From assembly GCA_965113315.1 (NCBI GenBank), contig OZ220372.1: a stretch of DNA of 64,000 nt. One strand, given 5' to 3'. Both the position numbers and the translations under genes were made by a program. The stretch comes from Podarcis vaucheri. Taxonomy: Eukaryota. Shown here piece by piece: positions 24,642 to 36,129 of the stretch. The notes under the pieces were generated by a model that worked only from the letters and a program-made list of their open reading frames with translations, was not told the origin of the DNA and did no database searches. The first letter of the stretch is position 1. Each line of letters begins with the position of its first letter.

Positions 24642-26236
24642 TACCATCATCTAGGTCAGCCTTCCCCATCTTGGTGTCCTTCAATCAGAATTCACTATAA
24701 AAAAAGAATTTATTACAAGGTGAAGTGTGTGAGGAATTGAATGGGTGCCGGGAGGGGGGGGGGTGTTGGAGGAGAGGCAGAAAGAAGTGCTAATTTGTTT
24801 GTGGCTAGGGGGCGCAATCTGGACGGTTCTGCCAGGGGCGCAAGATCACCTAGCTATGGCTCTGCCACCAACCAATCTCTCAGTCTTGCCATTCCCATCC
24901 TCCTCCTTATCAACCAGCCAAGGGGGTGGAGCTCGCTGTCTTCTTTCTCCTCCTTACACTAAAGTTTGCCTTTTCAGAACAGAACACATAGTCAGGATGG
25001 CGGCCAAAGTGGAATTTGTTATTCCACTAGCTGTTGGTCTCCTTGCCTTCTGTCTTACCAGCCACCACTCTCCCATATTCCAAATGTTCCTGCTCTAACT
25101 TTTTGACTTGTAATGGCATATTCTTTGTAGAGATCCACACTTTGCACCGAAACTGTCATCAGGCTAAGACATTCCTGTTAAGCTGGGAACTTAGTTCAAA
25201 CTGTGTGTGGCATGACTGTGATATGTGTGTGTTTTTAGTCTGTGTACACACTATGGCTTTAGAGCACACTCAAAGAATATTTCCCCCCTCAAAGAATTAT
25301 GGGCATCAGAATTTCTAAAGGGTTGCTGGGAGTTGTAACTCTGTGAGGTGCAAACGGCAGTGCCCAGAATTCTTTGAGGGAAAGAATGTGCTTCCAATCT
25401 GCTTTCCAAGTACACTGTGTTTGCAGCCCTTGAGTGTCCCCACCTAGCTGCAATGCGTCCTTGAACTCTTTCTTGATTGGCTAGAGGACAGAGACATGGG
25501 CAGGAGAAGGGGAAGGACCTTGGTACTGTTGGCAGCACAAGATTAGATGAGGACACCATTGAAAAACAACAGAACAGACTGCTAGGAAATGACAAAAGAA
25601 GGAGCAAATGCTCCAAAAACGGTGAAGGAGGAATCATCGTGCAACTTTTGAAAAATGTCCTCCCACCCCTACGGACCTGTGGTACACAAAGGCTCAGCGG
25701 CCACTACCAGCCCAGCTTCTGGGACGCTGAGTTTCCGTGTCTACCATAGTACTGTGGTATCGTGGCAACAGGGGAATTTTGTGCACCCTAACTGCATTTC
25801 TTGAGCATAAATTCCATATGAAACACAGAAAAGATTGTCAAACATTGTTTTGGAGTTATATTATATATGATTAAGGAAGGTTTAGATCAAGAATTCCTAA
25901 CTGAAGAAAGAAACCAATTCGGCTCATGCACAGAAATAACATCCCCCCCCCCACTCTCATTTGGCAATGTACTAATGCCAATTCATAAACCAGGGGGATT
26001 ATATTTTCAGCACAGTCAGTGCATCCCTCAAATTTATAATCCAGGTGCCAAATGGATTTCACAGCTGATACCCAAATGGGAGCAAATTACTGTGAGTTGG
26101 GATTTTGAAGTCGCTGTGAAAATTATAATATGAAGTGACAAGACAAAGGTTGGAGACTCTTAAAAATATCATTAGTAATAGCAGGTTGCCATCTGTTTTT
26201 CTCTGCTCAGCTAAACAGTGATAAAAAAAATGTGTG

Positions 26237-26237
26237 T

Positions 26238-26282
<45 letters not shown>
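26237..26282. repeat. (GA)n microsatellite
   Basis: Direct inspection. Confidence 0.95.
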
Positions 26283-26287
<5 letters not shown>

Positions 26288-26770
26288 AAAATTAGATTGC
26301 TGATCTCTCCACCTCCAGTTAAACTATCTGCATTGCTTTGCACGCACTAGATCAAATTTTTAAAAACACAAAAATTGTCAACCAGTTTAAAAAAAAACCA
26401 CAATGAGAGGAACGGATGGAAATATGTCTTTATTAGTAAACACAGAGTCTAGATCACTACATAGGCCTGTTTGCTGTGTCATAACAGCTTTTCTAGCTTA
26501 GAAAGCGGCGGCTGTTTCCGGGATCCTTTGTTGTATATAAATAGAACAAGTTTCTAGCTCTCTTGGTGATTAAATCAAAACATGAGAATGGGGAGGCGGT
26601 TAGAAGAGGTGGTGTATTTGCTTCACACAGTTCCATGGTTCCATTGATCTCTTATGCCATGTAGAGGCAATAGAGGGCTATCTATACTTGGTTTAAGGCA
26701 GTCAGCTTCTTCTATGATGAGCTGTTGCTCAAGGCAATCCTGTATGGAAGAATTTATACAGTTTTTTATA

Positions 26771-27117
26771 CAGTGGTGCATTGCAAGATCAAATTAATCC
26801 GTTCCGTGAGTCTCTTCGTCTAGCGGTTTTTTCGTCTTGCGAAGCAACCCTATTAGCGGCTTAGCGGATTAGCGCTATTAAAGGCTTAGCAGCTATTAAA
26901 GGCTTAGCGGCTATTAAAGGATTAGCGGATTAGCGGCTAAAAGGCTATTAGCGGCTCAGCGGCTTAGAAAAAGGGGGGAAAGCGGAAAAAAATCGGAACA
27001 CTCGCAAGACGTTTTCCCATAGGGAAAATTGTCTTGCGAAGCAGCTCAAAAACGGAAAACCCTTTCGTCTAGCGGGTTTTCCATCTTGCGAGGCATTCGT
27101 CTTGTGGGGCACCACTG
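26771..27117. mobile_element. MITE family M2 (variant with GCTATTAAAGGCTTAGC repeats)
   Basis: Same TIRs; TA TSD. Confidence 0.88.
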
Positions 27118-27158
27118 TATATGCCAGCAGAGGACAATGTTGAAGTGATTATGATGCC

Positions 27159-27420
27159 TGCCCTGGAACCGCTCCCTCCTATCTGAGGGCAGGAAGGGCT
27201 GCTGGGGGGCGCTGTGCCGGCCGGCTTCGTGGCACCTTTCAGCCGCATGGGCTACGAGGTCTCTGTCCTCCCTTCATCGGGGACTCTCCTCTTCCCCAGC
27301 ATCCTGCACCTGCTCTGTGCCGGCTACCTGCGCTGCCAGAAGGCCCCATCCTTCAGGCTGCTCGAGGCCTGCCAGCGCATGCTACTAAACGGCAGCCTGA
27401 TGGGCCACGACTTGTTCAGG
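27159..27420 (+). pseudogene. SLC35G3/SLC35G6 (AMAC1-like) EamA transporter gene fragment, copy 1
   Basis: LLGGAVPAGFVAPFSRMGYEVSVLPSSGTLLFPSILHL aligns to human SLC35G3 [50 protein letters not shown] resembles SQGLSGYDWCG. Internal deletion; truncated at both ends. Confidence 0.85.
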
Positions 27421-27475
27421 GGCGGCTCGTGGGCTGGTAAAACGGTCTTCGTGGGCCGCACGTTGCCGACCCCTG
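27421..27475 (-). mobile_element. hAT/Charlie-like transposon terminus fused to SLC35G fragment copy 1
   Basis: Reverse complement reads CAGGGGTCGGCAACGTGCGGCCC, a Charlie/MER58-type TIR. Flanked by ATCTAAAC, matching the Charlie target consensus NTCTARAN. Confidence 0.7.
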
Positions 27476-28092
27476 ATCTAAACGAAATCAAAAACTGCCA
27501 AGCAAAGGCTGAAGCACCACAGTGTTTGAGGCTTGCATTGCTGCTAGGGTTGTGAACAGCGCTTTCCTCTTCTCCATCCCTGCCCCCTGAGTCACGGGGG
27601 GAAAGAGGACTTCATAAATGCTGCCTCTCCTTCCCACCTCTGCTTTGTGACACGTAGACTGCTAGATTCCCACCCTTGTAGAACCAAGGCATAGAACCCA
27701 GACGCCCTGACAACAGACACTGCAGGAGCAGAGAAAGGGGTGGCTTCTAGTCACCCTCCCTCCTGACCCTGAACCTAGGGAACATGGAGGAAGGGCCCTG
27801 ATTCAGGGATATACCTGCATTGAATGCAGAAGACCCCGGGGTCAGACTCCAACACCATCTCAAGGTAGGGCTGGGGAAAGAGACCCATCTGAAATCTTGC
27901 CGCTCAGCGGGGACAACATTGAGCTGGATGGACCACTGTGGTCTGAATCGGGCAGCTTTCTATGTGAGAAAATCCCTGCCCTGTGCAAGATCACGGGATG
28001 CCCTTGGCTAACTGCTCCCTCCACCCGCCCCAGGAATATTAGGCAGATAGTTGAGCTCAAGAAAGGAAAGGTAGACTTTGAAGAGAATCGCT

Positions 28093-28228
28093 GGGTATGT
28101 GGTATAATGGTTAGAGTGTCAGACTGTGGCTTGGGTGACCAGGGTTCGAACCCCACTTGGCCGTGAGGCTCACTGGGTGACCTCGGGGACCTGTCCCCGT
28201 CTCTCAGTCTAACCTACCTCACAATGTT
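28093..28228 (+). mobile_element. tRNA-derived CORE/MIR-like SINE
   Basis: TGGTATAATGGTTAGAGTG A box; GGTTCGAACCCC B box; CTGGGTGACCT core. Confidence 0.6.
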
Positions 28229-29026
28229 GCAGGGGGTCGGACTAGATGACTCATGTGTGTTTCCCACAGGATAGCCACTGTGGCAACAGGAGGCTGGACT
28301 GAATGGGTCATAAGCTTGATCCAGAAGCTTGTTCTAATGCTCTTAACATTTGAAAACAGTCCTCTCAACTCTCCTTACTACATAAATAATTTTAATTTCA
28401 CACACAGTAGCATAGCGTGGGTTGCCAGGGCCCGGGGCAAGGCAAGGATCCTCAGCACTGCCTGCCAATAAATAGGCTGCAACAAAGGGCCAATAGCTCT
28501 GCAACCTACACGACTGGCAGCCGCAGCACCTGTGAGCATTCAACACAGTGGAGAACAAGAGGAGGGAATGTTCGGGAGCGGGTATCTATCCAAAGCCCAT
28601 GCAGAGGGTGCCCTCGCACCCGACTGTTGCCCAAAGCCACACCTCATTCTGCCCACACAAACACTGGGATATTTTCTGTGTGAGGGGGAGGGCATGCTAT
28701 TTTTTTATTTATTATTACAATTTTTTATGTTTTTTCCTTTGGAAATGTTGTGCCCCTAAGATATTTGCACCCAGGGCAAACGTCTCTGTGGCTACGCCAC
28801 TGCTGGGTTATCTAAGACTCCATTTCTGAGACTCACTGCCCATCTGAGTAGACAACCAAGCAGGTTTGGAGATTCATGAGACTTCGATTGGGGAATCTGG
28901 CTTAAAACCATAAATTGATGCTTGGGAAATGTGAGTTTTCACTTAAAACAGCCCCAGCCTCTCCTTATTTGCAACTTACTTCCCGCCTCACAACACTCCC
29001 CCAAGGTGGGCTTGTTTAGAAACCGA

Positions 29027-29342
29027 GCTGGGGGCGGTGTGCCGGCTGGCTTTGTGGCGCCCTTCACACGCATGGCCAACGAGGCCTCGGGCATCGCTTC
29101 ATTGGAGATCCTCCTCTTCCGCAGGAGACTGTGCTGGCTACCTGCGTTGCCAGAAGGCCCCATCCTTCGGGCTGCTGGAGGCCTGCCAGCGCACGCTCCT
29201 GCACGCCTCGATCGGCATCATCTCCATCAGTTGCGCCTACAGCTCCTTCATGCTGATGCCCAGTGGGAACGCCACCGCCGTCCGGAAGGGCTCGCCCACG
29301 ATCTGCTCCATCCTGCTGGCTCTCTGCATCGAAAACGGCAGC
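29027..29342 (+). pseudogene. SLC35G3/SLC35G6 (AMAC1-like) gene fragment, copy 2, frameshifted
   Basis: GGVPAGFVAPFTRMANEASGIASLEILLF, then after a frameshift ISISCAYSSFMLMPSGNATAVRKGSPTICSILLALCIE, aligning to human [38 protein letters not shown]. Confidence 0.9.
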
Positions 29343-29391
29343 TCATGGGCTGGTAAAACAGTCTTTGTGGGCCACACGTTGCCAACCCCTG
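29343..29391 (-). mobile_element. hAT/Charlie-like transposon terminus fused to SLC35G fragment copy 2
   Basis: Same terminus (CAGGGGTTGGCAACGTGTGGCCC on minus), followed by a different 8-mer ATCTACAG. Confidence 0.7.
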
Positions 29392-29934
29392 ATCTACAGG
29401 CCTCAAACACTGTGGTAGTTCAGCCTTTGCTTGGCAGTTTATGATTTCTTTTAGATAAAGAGAATGGCAGCATAATCACTTCAACATTGCCCTCTGCTGG
29501 CATACAGGTGCATAGACACTTTGTTTGGTCACGGTTGTTACTGTGAGACTCGTTGATGCCCTCTTACTTACATTTGTGCATTGGTGCATTAGTGCAAATT
29601 CACTGAAGGAATTATTTGGCAGATGGATATTCTTACAAAAGCAAGAGGTTTGCTAGAGGGCCAGTGTTCTATAGTGTGAATCTGGAGGCCTCTCACGTTC
29701 GAGTCTCATGCCTGTTATGAACTTTCCTGGTGGCAAATTAGGCAAGTCATTAATACTGATTTATTTAACAGAGTTGTTCTTGGGAGTACTGACTGAGTAG
29801 GTATATGAAGTGCTTTGAACAGCCAGGAAGCAGTAGGCATATGCCAGTCCTTATTTTTATTCGATTTATTACTCCTTGTAGCCCCCTCTGCCTTGCCATC
29901 CCAACAAGTTCAGATCAATCGGCACACGTCAGGT

Positions 29935-31210
29935 GCCCCCAGGGGAGACACCAAGGGCAGGGAGGCGAGAGGATTTGCAGGAGAAGGAGGGGAAACAAAG
30001 ATTTTAAAAGATATATTTTTTTTAAAGTGTCCCCGGATTCATTGAAAAAAAATCTGATAACCTTAAAGGTAAAGGTAAAGGTACCCCTGCCCGAACGGGC
30101 CAGTCTTGACAGACTCTGGGGTTTGTGCGCCCATCTCACATCTATTGGCCGGGGGCCAGCGCTGTCCGAAGACACTTCCGGGTCACGTGGCCAGCATGAC
30201 AACGCTGCTCTGGCGAGCCAGAGCCGCACACGGAACGCCGTTTACCTTCCCGCTGGTAAGCGGTACCTATTTATCTACTTGCCCCCGGGGGTGCTTTCGA
30301 ACTGCTAGGTGGGCAGGCGCTGGGACCGAGCAGCGGGAGCGCACCCCGCCGCGGGGATTCGAACCGCCGACCTTTCGATCGGCAGCCCTAGGCGCTGAGG
30401 CTTTAGCCCACAGCGCCACCCGCGTCCTGATAACCTTATAACCTGATAACCTGATAACCTTACCATCACTACAAACAGCAAGCTGTCAAATGAAGACACC
30501 CAGGAGCAGTCACAGTAGCTAGTGAGGTTGCTGGGGCGTTTGTGACCTCATGCTTGTGCACACCACACATGTAAAGCAGATAGATGACCCCCCAAAAAAA
30601 TAATAATAATCCTGGGCCTCCAGGGGAGACACCAATGGCAGGGAGGCCAGAGGATTTGCAGGAGCCAGCAAGTCCTGCAGGAGAAGGAGGGGAAACAAAG
30701 ATTTAAAGGCTGCCGTTTTTTAGCGAGGACTGCCGGGCCTTGAGAAGGCAGCGCAGGGAGCCTGCAGAGGGCAGGTGCAGGATGCTGGGATAGAGGAGGA
30801 TCCCCAAGGTAAGGAGGACGGATGGGAGGGAGCAGTTCCAGGGCGGGTGTCATGGCGGGGGTGGGGGAGGGAAGCAGAGGAGGCCGGCCCAGGTCTCTGC
30901 CCCTAGGTCGGGGCCCCCAAGGGGAGACTCCAATGGCAGGGAGACCAGATGGTTTCTGGAATCCAGGAAGTTCCTGCAGGAGAAGGAGGGGAAACAAATA
31001 TTTTAAAAGATTTTTTTTTTAAAGTGTCCCCGGATTCATTGAAAGAAAATCTGAAAACCTTACCATCTTTATAAACAGCAAGCTGTCAAATGAAGGCACC
31101 CAGGAGCAGTCAGAGTAGCTAGCAAGGTTGCTGGGGCGTTTGTGACCTCATGCTTGTGCACACCACACATGTAAAGCAGATGACCCCCCCAAAAAAAATA
31201 ATAATCCTGG
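29935..31210 (+). repeat. Local tandem duplication (~29935-30615 and ~30915-31210)
   Basis: AAAGTGTCCCCGGATTCATTGAAA...GTAAAGCAGATGACCCCCC...AATCCTGG block present twice. Confidence 0.85.
30066..30427 (-). mobile_element. Sauria SINE, young subfamily
   Basis: Intact CpGs; TSD CTGATAACCTTA. Confidence 0.93.
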
Positions 31211-31221
31211 GAACTGTAGTC

Positions 31222-31819
31222 CATAGCTGTCAAGTGTCCCTTATTTGAAGGGACAGTCCCTTATTTCAGCACCATGTCCCGCTGCTCTCCCTTATTGATG
31301 GATGTCCCTTAAATTATGTCCCTTAAATTTCAAAGGAAGCAGCTCCTCTCCCTCCCTCCCTCCCTGCCGGCCAGGGAGGAGGGAGGCTCCAACTGTGTTG
31401 CTTGGCTGTGTTGCTCACCCAATAAGAAGTCTAAGAATGACAGGGGGTGGAGCTTGCATGCCTTGTGTGTGGCTAGTTAATGCAAGCTGAGGGGTTTTTT
31501 GAATGCTGGACGCCATTTTGTTGCACGTGCTGCTGCAAACTTTGCAGTGCAAAGCCAGGCCGGGGAGCCATCTTAAGTTGAGGCTGCATAGGGCTTGTGG
31601 TGCATGTGATTCAGATTCTATTCAGTTGAACATCTGGTTACAAAGTTGGTTGGACAGTGTTCTCGAAGCTACCAGCATGAGTTTGACCAGACTGCAGGAG
31701 GACAGGAAGACTGGAGTGCCTGGAACAGGTGTGGCTGCAGGTCCCTTATTTTGGCTGCTGGACCCTTATTTTCAAGGCTGCTGGTCCCTTAGTTTCAAAT
31801 CTGTAAGTTGACAGCTATG
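31222..31819. mobile_element. hAT non-autonomous element
   Basis: TIR CATAGCTGTCAA/TTGACAGCTATG; perfect 8-bp TSD CTGTAGTC; subterminal GTCCCTTA repeats. Confidence 0.88.
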
Positions 31820-32299
31820 CTGTAGTCCCACCCCCCACAGAGTTACAGTATGCAGCATGCTTAACCAACTACAGTTCCCATAATTCTTTGGGGAAGTTGG
31901 CTGTGTTGAATGTTCTTGAAGTGTACAGTGTGGATCTGCCCAACTGCTCCGAAGCCCCATTTATTTGAAATTGTGTGGGTCCTTTTATACACGCAGATGT
32001 TCCTGTTTATAAGAACCCAACAATGGCTCCTCTGGTCCACCATTCTGTTCTCACAGTGGCCAACTAGATGCCTGTCAGAAACCCACAAGCCCCAATTGTC
32101 AGCGGCTTAATAAGTGTTGGTTCACACAAATCGTGCCTTCACGCAAACCCAGTCCATTGGCAAAGCCCAAAGCCATATGTGCTCCCACAGTGACCACTAG
32201 CATGTAGAAGACAGCCATAGAAACTCAAGGGAAAGCCATGGAATAGGCAAGGACTTTGTTGAGGTGGTGGGGGTCGACTTGTTGAGTTTTGCCATTTTT

Positions 32300-33329
32300 T
32301 TGTGGTAGACCTGTAAAAGGGTAAAAGAGTATTGGGAAATAATTCATAATGAATTGAAAAAAATGTTTAAAAGTACTTAAAAAAACCCAGAGTCCTCCTT
32401 GTTGGGGATAATTCAGATGGAAATTCCCAGGTGTCAGAAAAGGTTATTTTTGTATGCCACTACTGCGGCTCGTGTTTCATTAGCCCAAAAATGGAAAATG
32501 AGTGAAGTGCCAACTACAGAAAATGGCAACTTAAACTGATGGAATATGCACAGCTTGTGGACCTAACAAATAGAATAAGAGAACAAAAAGAACATACAGT
32601 GGTGCCCCGCAAGACGAATGCCTCGCAAGACGGAAAACTCGCTAGACAAAAGAGTTTTCCGTTTTGGAGGTGCTTCGCAAAACGAATCTCCTATGGGCTT
32701 GCTTCGCAAGACGACAATGTCTTGCCAGTTCCTGCTGGTTTTTTTCCCCCTCCCCCCCTTTTCTAAGCCGCTAAGCCGCTTATCAGCTGATCCGATCAGC
32801 AGATAAGCCGCTAATAGCGCTAAGCCACTTATCAGCTGATCCAATCAGCAGATAAGCCGCTAATAGCGCTAAGCCGCTTATCAGCTGATCCGATCAGCAG
32901 ATAATCCGCTAAAAGCCTCTAATAGCGCTAATAGCGCTAATCCGCTAATCCTTCAATGGGCTTGCTTTGCAAGACGAAAAAAACCGCTAGACGAAGAGAA
33001 TCACAGAACGGATTATTTTCGTCTTGCGAGGCACCACTGTACGTTTAAAGAAGACTGGAAAATGTTTATTGAATATATGGAGGAAAACTGTTTATATTTG
33101 AAAACGTGGGCAGCATTAAGATGAATTCAACGGTGTAAATAAGTTTTGATGGATGTAATAATGGAATACTGAATGGCTTAGTTTATATAAAATATGCAGT
33201 GATTTATGTTATGCAAAATGAACCATGGCAAGAGAAGAAGGGAAGTCATTGATATTTTAAGGTTGTTTAAATGAATATTCTAAAATGTAAAACAGAATAT
33301 GTAATAAAAAACTATAGAGAGAGAAAAAA
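32300..33329 (+). mobile_element. 5'-truncated L1-clade LINE (ORF2 C-terminus + 3'UTR)
   Basis: W.TC..VKEYWEIIHNELKKMF...LLGII...LFLYATTAAR...AQKWK motif; A-rich tail; near-TSD GAGTTTTGCCAT/GAGCTTTGCCAT. Confidence 0.8.
32597..33039. mobile_element. MITE family M2 with expanded internal minisatellite, inserted in L1 fragment
   Basis: Same TIRs; TA TSD; three tandem copies of a ~50-bp internal unit. Confidence 0.9.
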
Positions 33330-34008
33330 GAGCTTTGCCATGTTTTGTTTGTCTAAAGGGCAAGACGAGTATTCCCACTCTTAAGGGCGCACATTGCCTA
33401 ATCTTAAAACTAAATAATAATAATTGCACCTATGTAAAAAGAGCACAAAATGGTGGGGTGGGGAGTTATGTGAACACTCCTCATAACTATTGACATTACA
33501 GTCGCTAGCCAGTAGGTGCCAACACTAGTCACACAGCCTTGATGAACACAGCATCTGGAATTGCAGTATATATTTTCCTAACAGAAGCTCTGGAAAGATG
33601 CCTCATTCTGTTTTACTAAGCTAAATCTCTCTTTCTTTCTGGAATGTCTCCAAGGCACAAGTACAAGTTTCAAAGCTTTTACGAAAAAATGATAACGGTT
33701 TGAAACAGAATGTCTCAGTCATATCTGAAATTCTTGCTCAGCAAAACATTTAGAACTGATTCCATTATCGCATTAACACTAAGCATATATAATTATTCTA
33801 TTCCATCTTCCTTCCTAATCTGAAAATTTATGACTCTGCTAAATTAATAGTATACAATCTTTTTGTTTGTTAGTTCATTGTTTTAATGGCGACAGTATTG
33901 CTGTACCGGGGGGGGAGCTTGATGGGAATTGGCTTGTGGTCACTTCTTGTCATCTTCTAGAGGGTGTGATTTCTGAAATCACAGATTCACAGATTTGTAG
34001 TCCTTTCA

Positions 34009-34066
34009 CCCTTGGTGGGACTTGAACCCACAGCCCCGAGATTAAGAGTCTCGAGATTAAGAGTCT
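34009..34066 (-). pseudogene. tRNA-Lys(CTT)-derived fragment / SINE head
   Basis: GAGACTCTTAATCTC anticodon arm (duplicated) plus GTGGGTTCAAGTCCCAC T-arm; D-arm absent. Confidence 0.6.
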
Positions 34067-34316
34067 TAAACTTGAGCAATCTCTCAGGGCTGTTATATGT
34101 GTGGGTATAATTTTTAATATTTTCTAGTGGGGTTAATTTTTATATTTTTACTTCTTTGTATTGTTAGAAGTTGCCCTGAGACCTGTGGGGTTTGCAGGGT
34201 TCTCCTGGAGGAGGGGATCATAATATAATAACCACTGGGAGACCTGTTGCAAAGACCGCTCAGCCCACAGGCTTCATGTCTGGTGACAAATGTGTGATTT
34301 TGTCCCATTGGTAGGA

Positions 34317-34343
34317 GTGTGTGTGTGTGTGTGTGTGTGTGTG
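34317..34343. repeat. (GT)n microsatellite
   Basis: Direct inspection. Confidence 0.95.
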
Positions 34344-34881
34344 GTAAAACCACCCGAGTAAAAATTCATTTGAAAGACAGAGGACAAATAAGTAACATAA
34401 CAAACAACAACAACATGCAATTAAGAGGGCTTCTGGCCTTTCACTCAGGTCAGCAGATGGAATGGGAGAGGCTGTAGGCTTACAATTTTGGGGTCAATTT
34501 TTTTACTAGCCCTTCACCAGCAAGTCCCAGGGCAGATTACAGCAACATCAAATTCAGAATTTTAAAAACAGTTAAAACAGATTATAGTTGCAATAACAGA
34601 TTAATAATTGCGTCTGAAAACGCATGATAGCCAGGATAAAGAGGTGTGTCTTCAGCGTTTGCCAAAAGCTGAATAGTTAATGCAGGTTTTGAACTGCGAG
34701 CGACAGAACAATGAAATATTCTTGTGCTATGACTACGTTTTAAAAGAGGGAAGACGGGGGTGAAGCAAAGGGGGAGGGGATAAGAAAAACATCACGGGAA
34801 ATGCAATGGGAAGTTGATTCTATTTTTTATAAAATGGAATTTATGAGGAACATTTGGGAATTGAGAGGGGGCAGAGATGTA

Positions 34882-35920
34882 CACTGGGACCTCAGTTTTT
34901 GAACAGCTTAGTTCATGAACAACTTGGAACCCGAACGCTGCAAAACCAGAAGTAGGTGTTCCAGTTTTCAAACTTTACCTCCAAAGCCAAACGGCTCCAT
35001 TTTGAGTCCCCCTGTGTTTCTTGTTGTGCTGCTAAATTGTGCCCCCCCCCATTGTAATTCAAGCCTTCCGTTTCCGATTGCAGCATTCTGAGGTGATATT
35101 TGGAGCTTATATTTGGTGCTTTTGTTTTTGCTATTTATTTTGCCTTTTTTGTTTTGAGGCATTTTCGGTTAATTTGTTTTTGTGACTGTAGATCCCAGTT
35201 CAGCTTCTGATTGATTGACTGCGGAAATTGATAAAAGCCCCCCATTCAAACAATGACTATCATCAGTGCAGGTATGAAAAAAAATAAATTATTTTTATCA
35301 TCTACAATACCATCTTATTTATTTTACAGTACTGTATATTAAGGGACGCGGGTGGCGCTGTGGGCTAAAGCCTCAGCGCCTAGGGCTTGCCGATCGAAAG
35401 GTCGGCGGTTCGAATCCCCGCGGCGGGGTGCGCTCCCGTTGCTCGGTCCCAGCGCCTGCCCACCTAGCAGTTCGAAAGCACCCCCGGGGGCAAGTAGATA
35501 AATAGGTACCGCTTACCAGCGGGAAGGTAAAGGGCGTTCCGTGTGCGGCTCTGGCTCGCCAGAGCAGCGTTGTCATGCTGGCCACGTGACCCGGAAGTGT
35601 CTTCGGACAGCGCTGGCCCCCGGCCAATAGATGTGAGATGGGCGCACAAACCCCAGAGTCTGTCAAGACTGGCCCGTTCGGGCAGGGGTACCTTTACCTT
35701 TACTGTATATTGATTCTTGCTTTCATTTTATGCATCAGTAGTCTTGTAAGATAGTAAAATTCACGTTAAATTGCTGTTTTAGGGATTGTTTTTAGAAGTG
35801 TGGAATGGATTAATCCGTTTTGCATTACTTTCTATGGTGAAGCGCGCCTTGGTTTTAAAACGCTTTGGTTTTGGAATGGACTTCCGGAACGGATTAAGTT
35901 TGAGAACCAAGGTAGCACTG
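34882..35920. mobile_element. Tigger-like non-autonomous DNA transposon, interrupted by Sauria SINE
   Basis: Degenerate TIRs CACTGGGACCTCAG / CAAGGTAGCACTG; TA flanks. Confidence 0.65.
35343..35700 (+). mobile_element. Sauria SINE, young subfamily
   Basis: Nearly identical to 30066-30427; TSD TACTGTATATT. Confidence 0.93.
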
Positions 35921-36129
35921 TATAGTTAAAATGCAGGATATACCTCTGTGGGGAGGGAATCCCACAAGTGAGACTGAGGTATTGAGGGAACACAAAGCTT
36001 GTTTGTGTGTTTGTGGTTGTGTGATTGTCATATGACGAAGCAACACACTCTGTCCTGCCCTGAATACAATATAGAGCCCAAAGGGCCTCCAAAAGGCGGT
36101 CAGATAAACCAGGCCTCTCAACATATGCA

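Noticed and set aside
27214-29444. Intact spliced SLC35G gene formed by the two fragments
   Set aside because: The fragments are overlapping duplicates of the same region with deletions and a frameshift, not consecutive exons; the second EamA domain is absent.
32763-32950. CRISPR-like or telomere-like repeat array
   Set aside because: No unique spacers, eukaryotic context, and units are not TTAGGG; it is the internal minisatellite of MITE M2.
34009-34066. Functional tRNA-Lys gene
   Set aside because: Lacks D-arm and acceptor stem; anticodon arm duplicated.
30106-35666. Repeated MTDSGVCAPISH... ORFs
   Set aside because: Antisense translations of Sauria SINEs.
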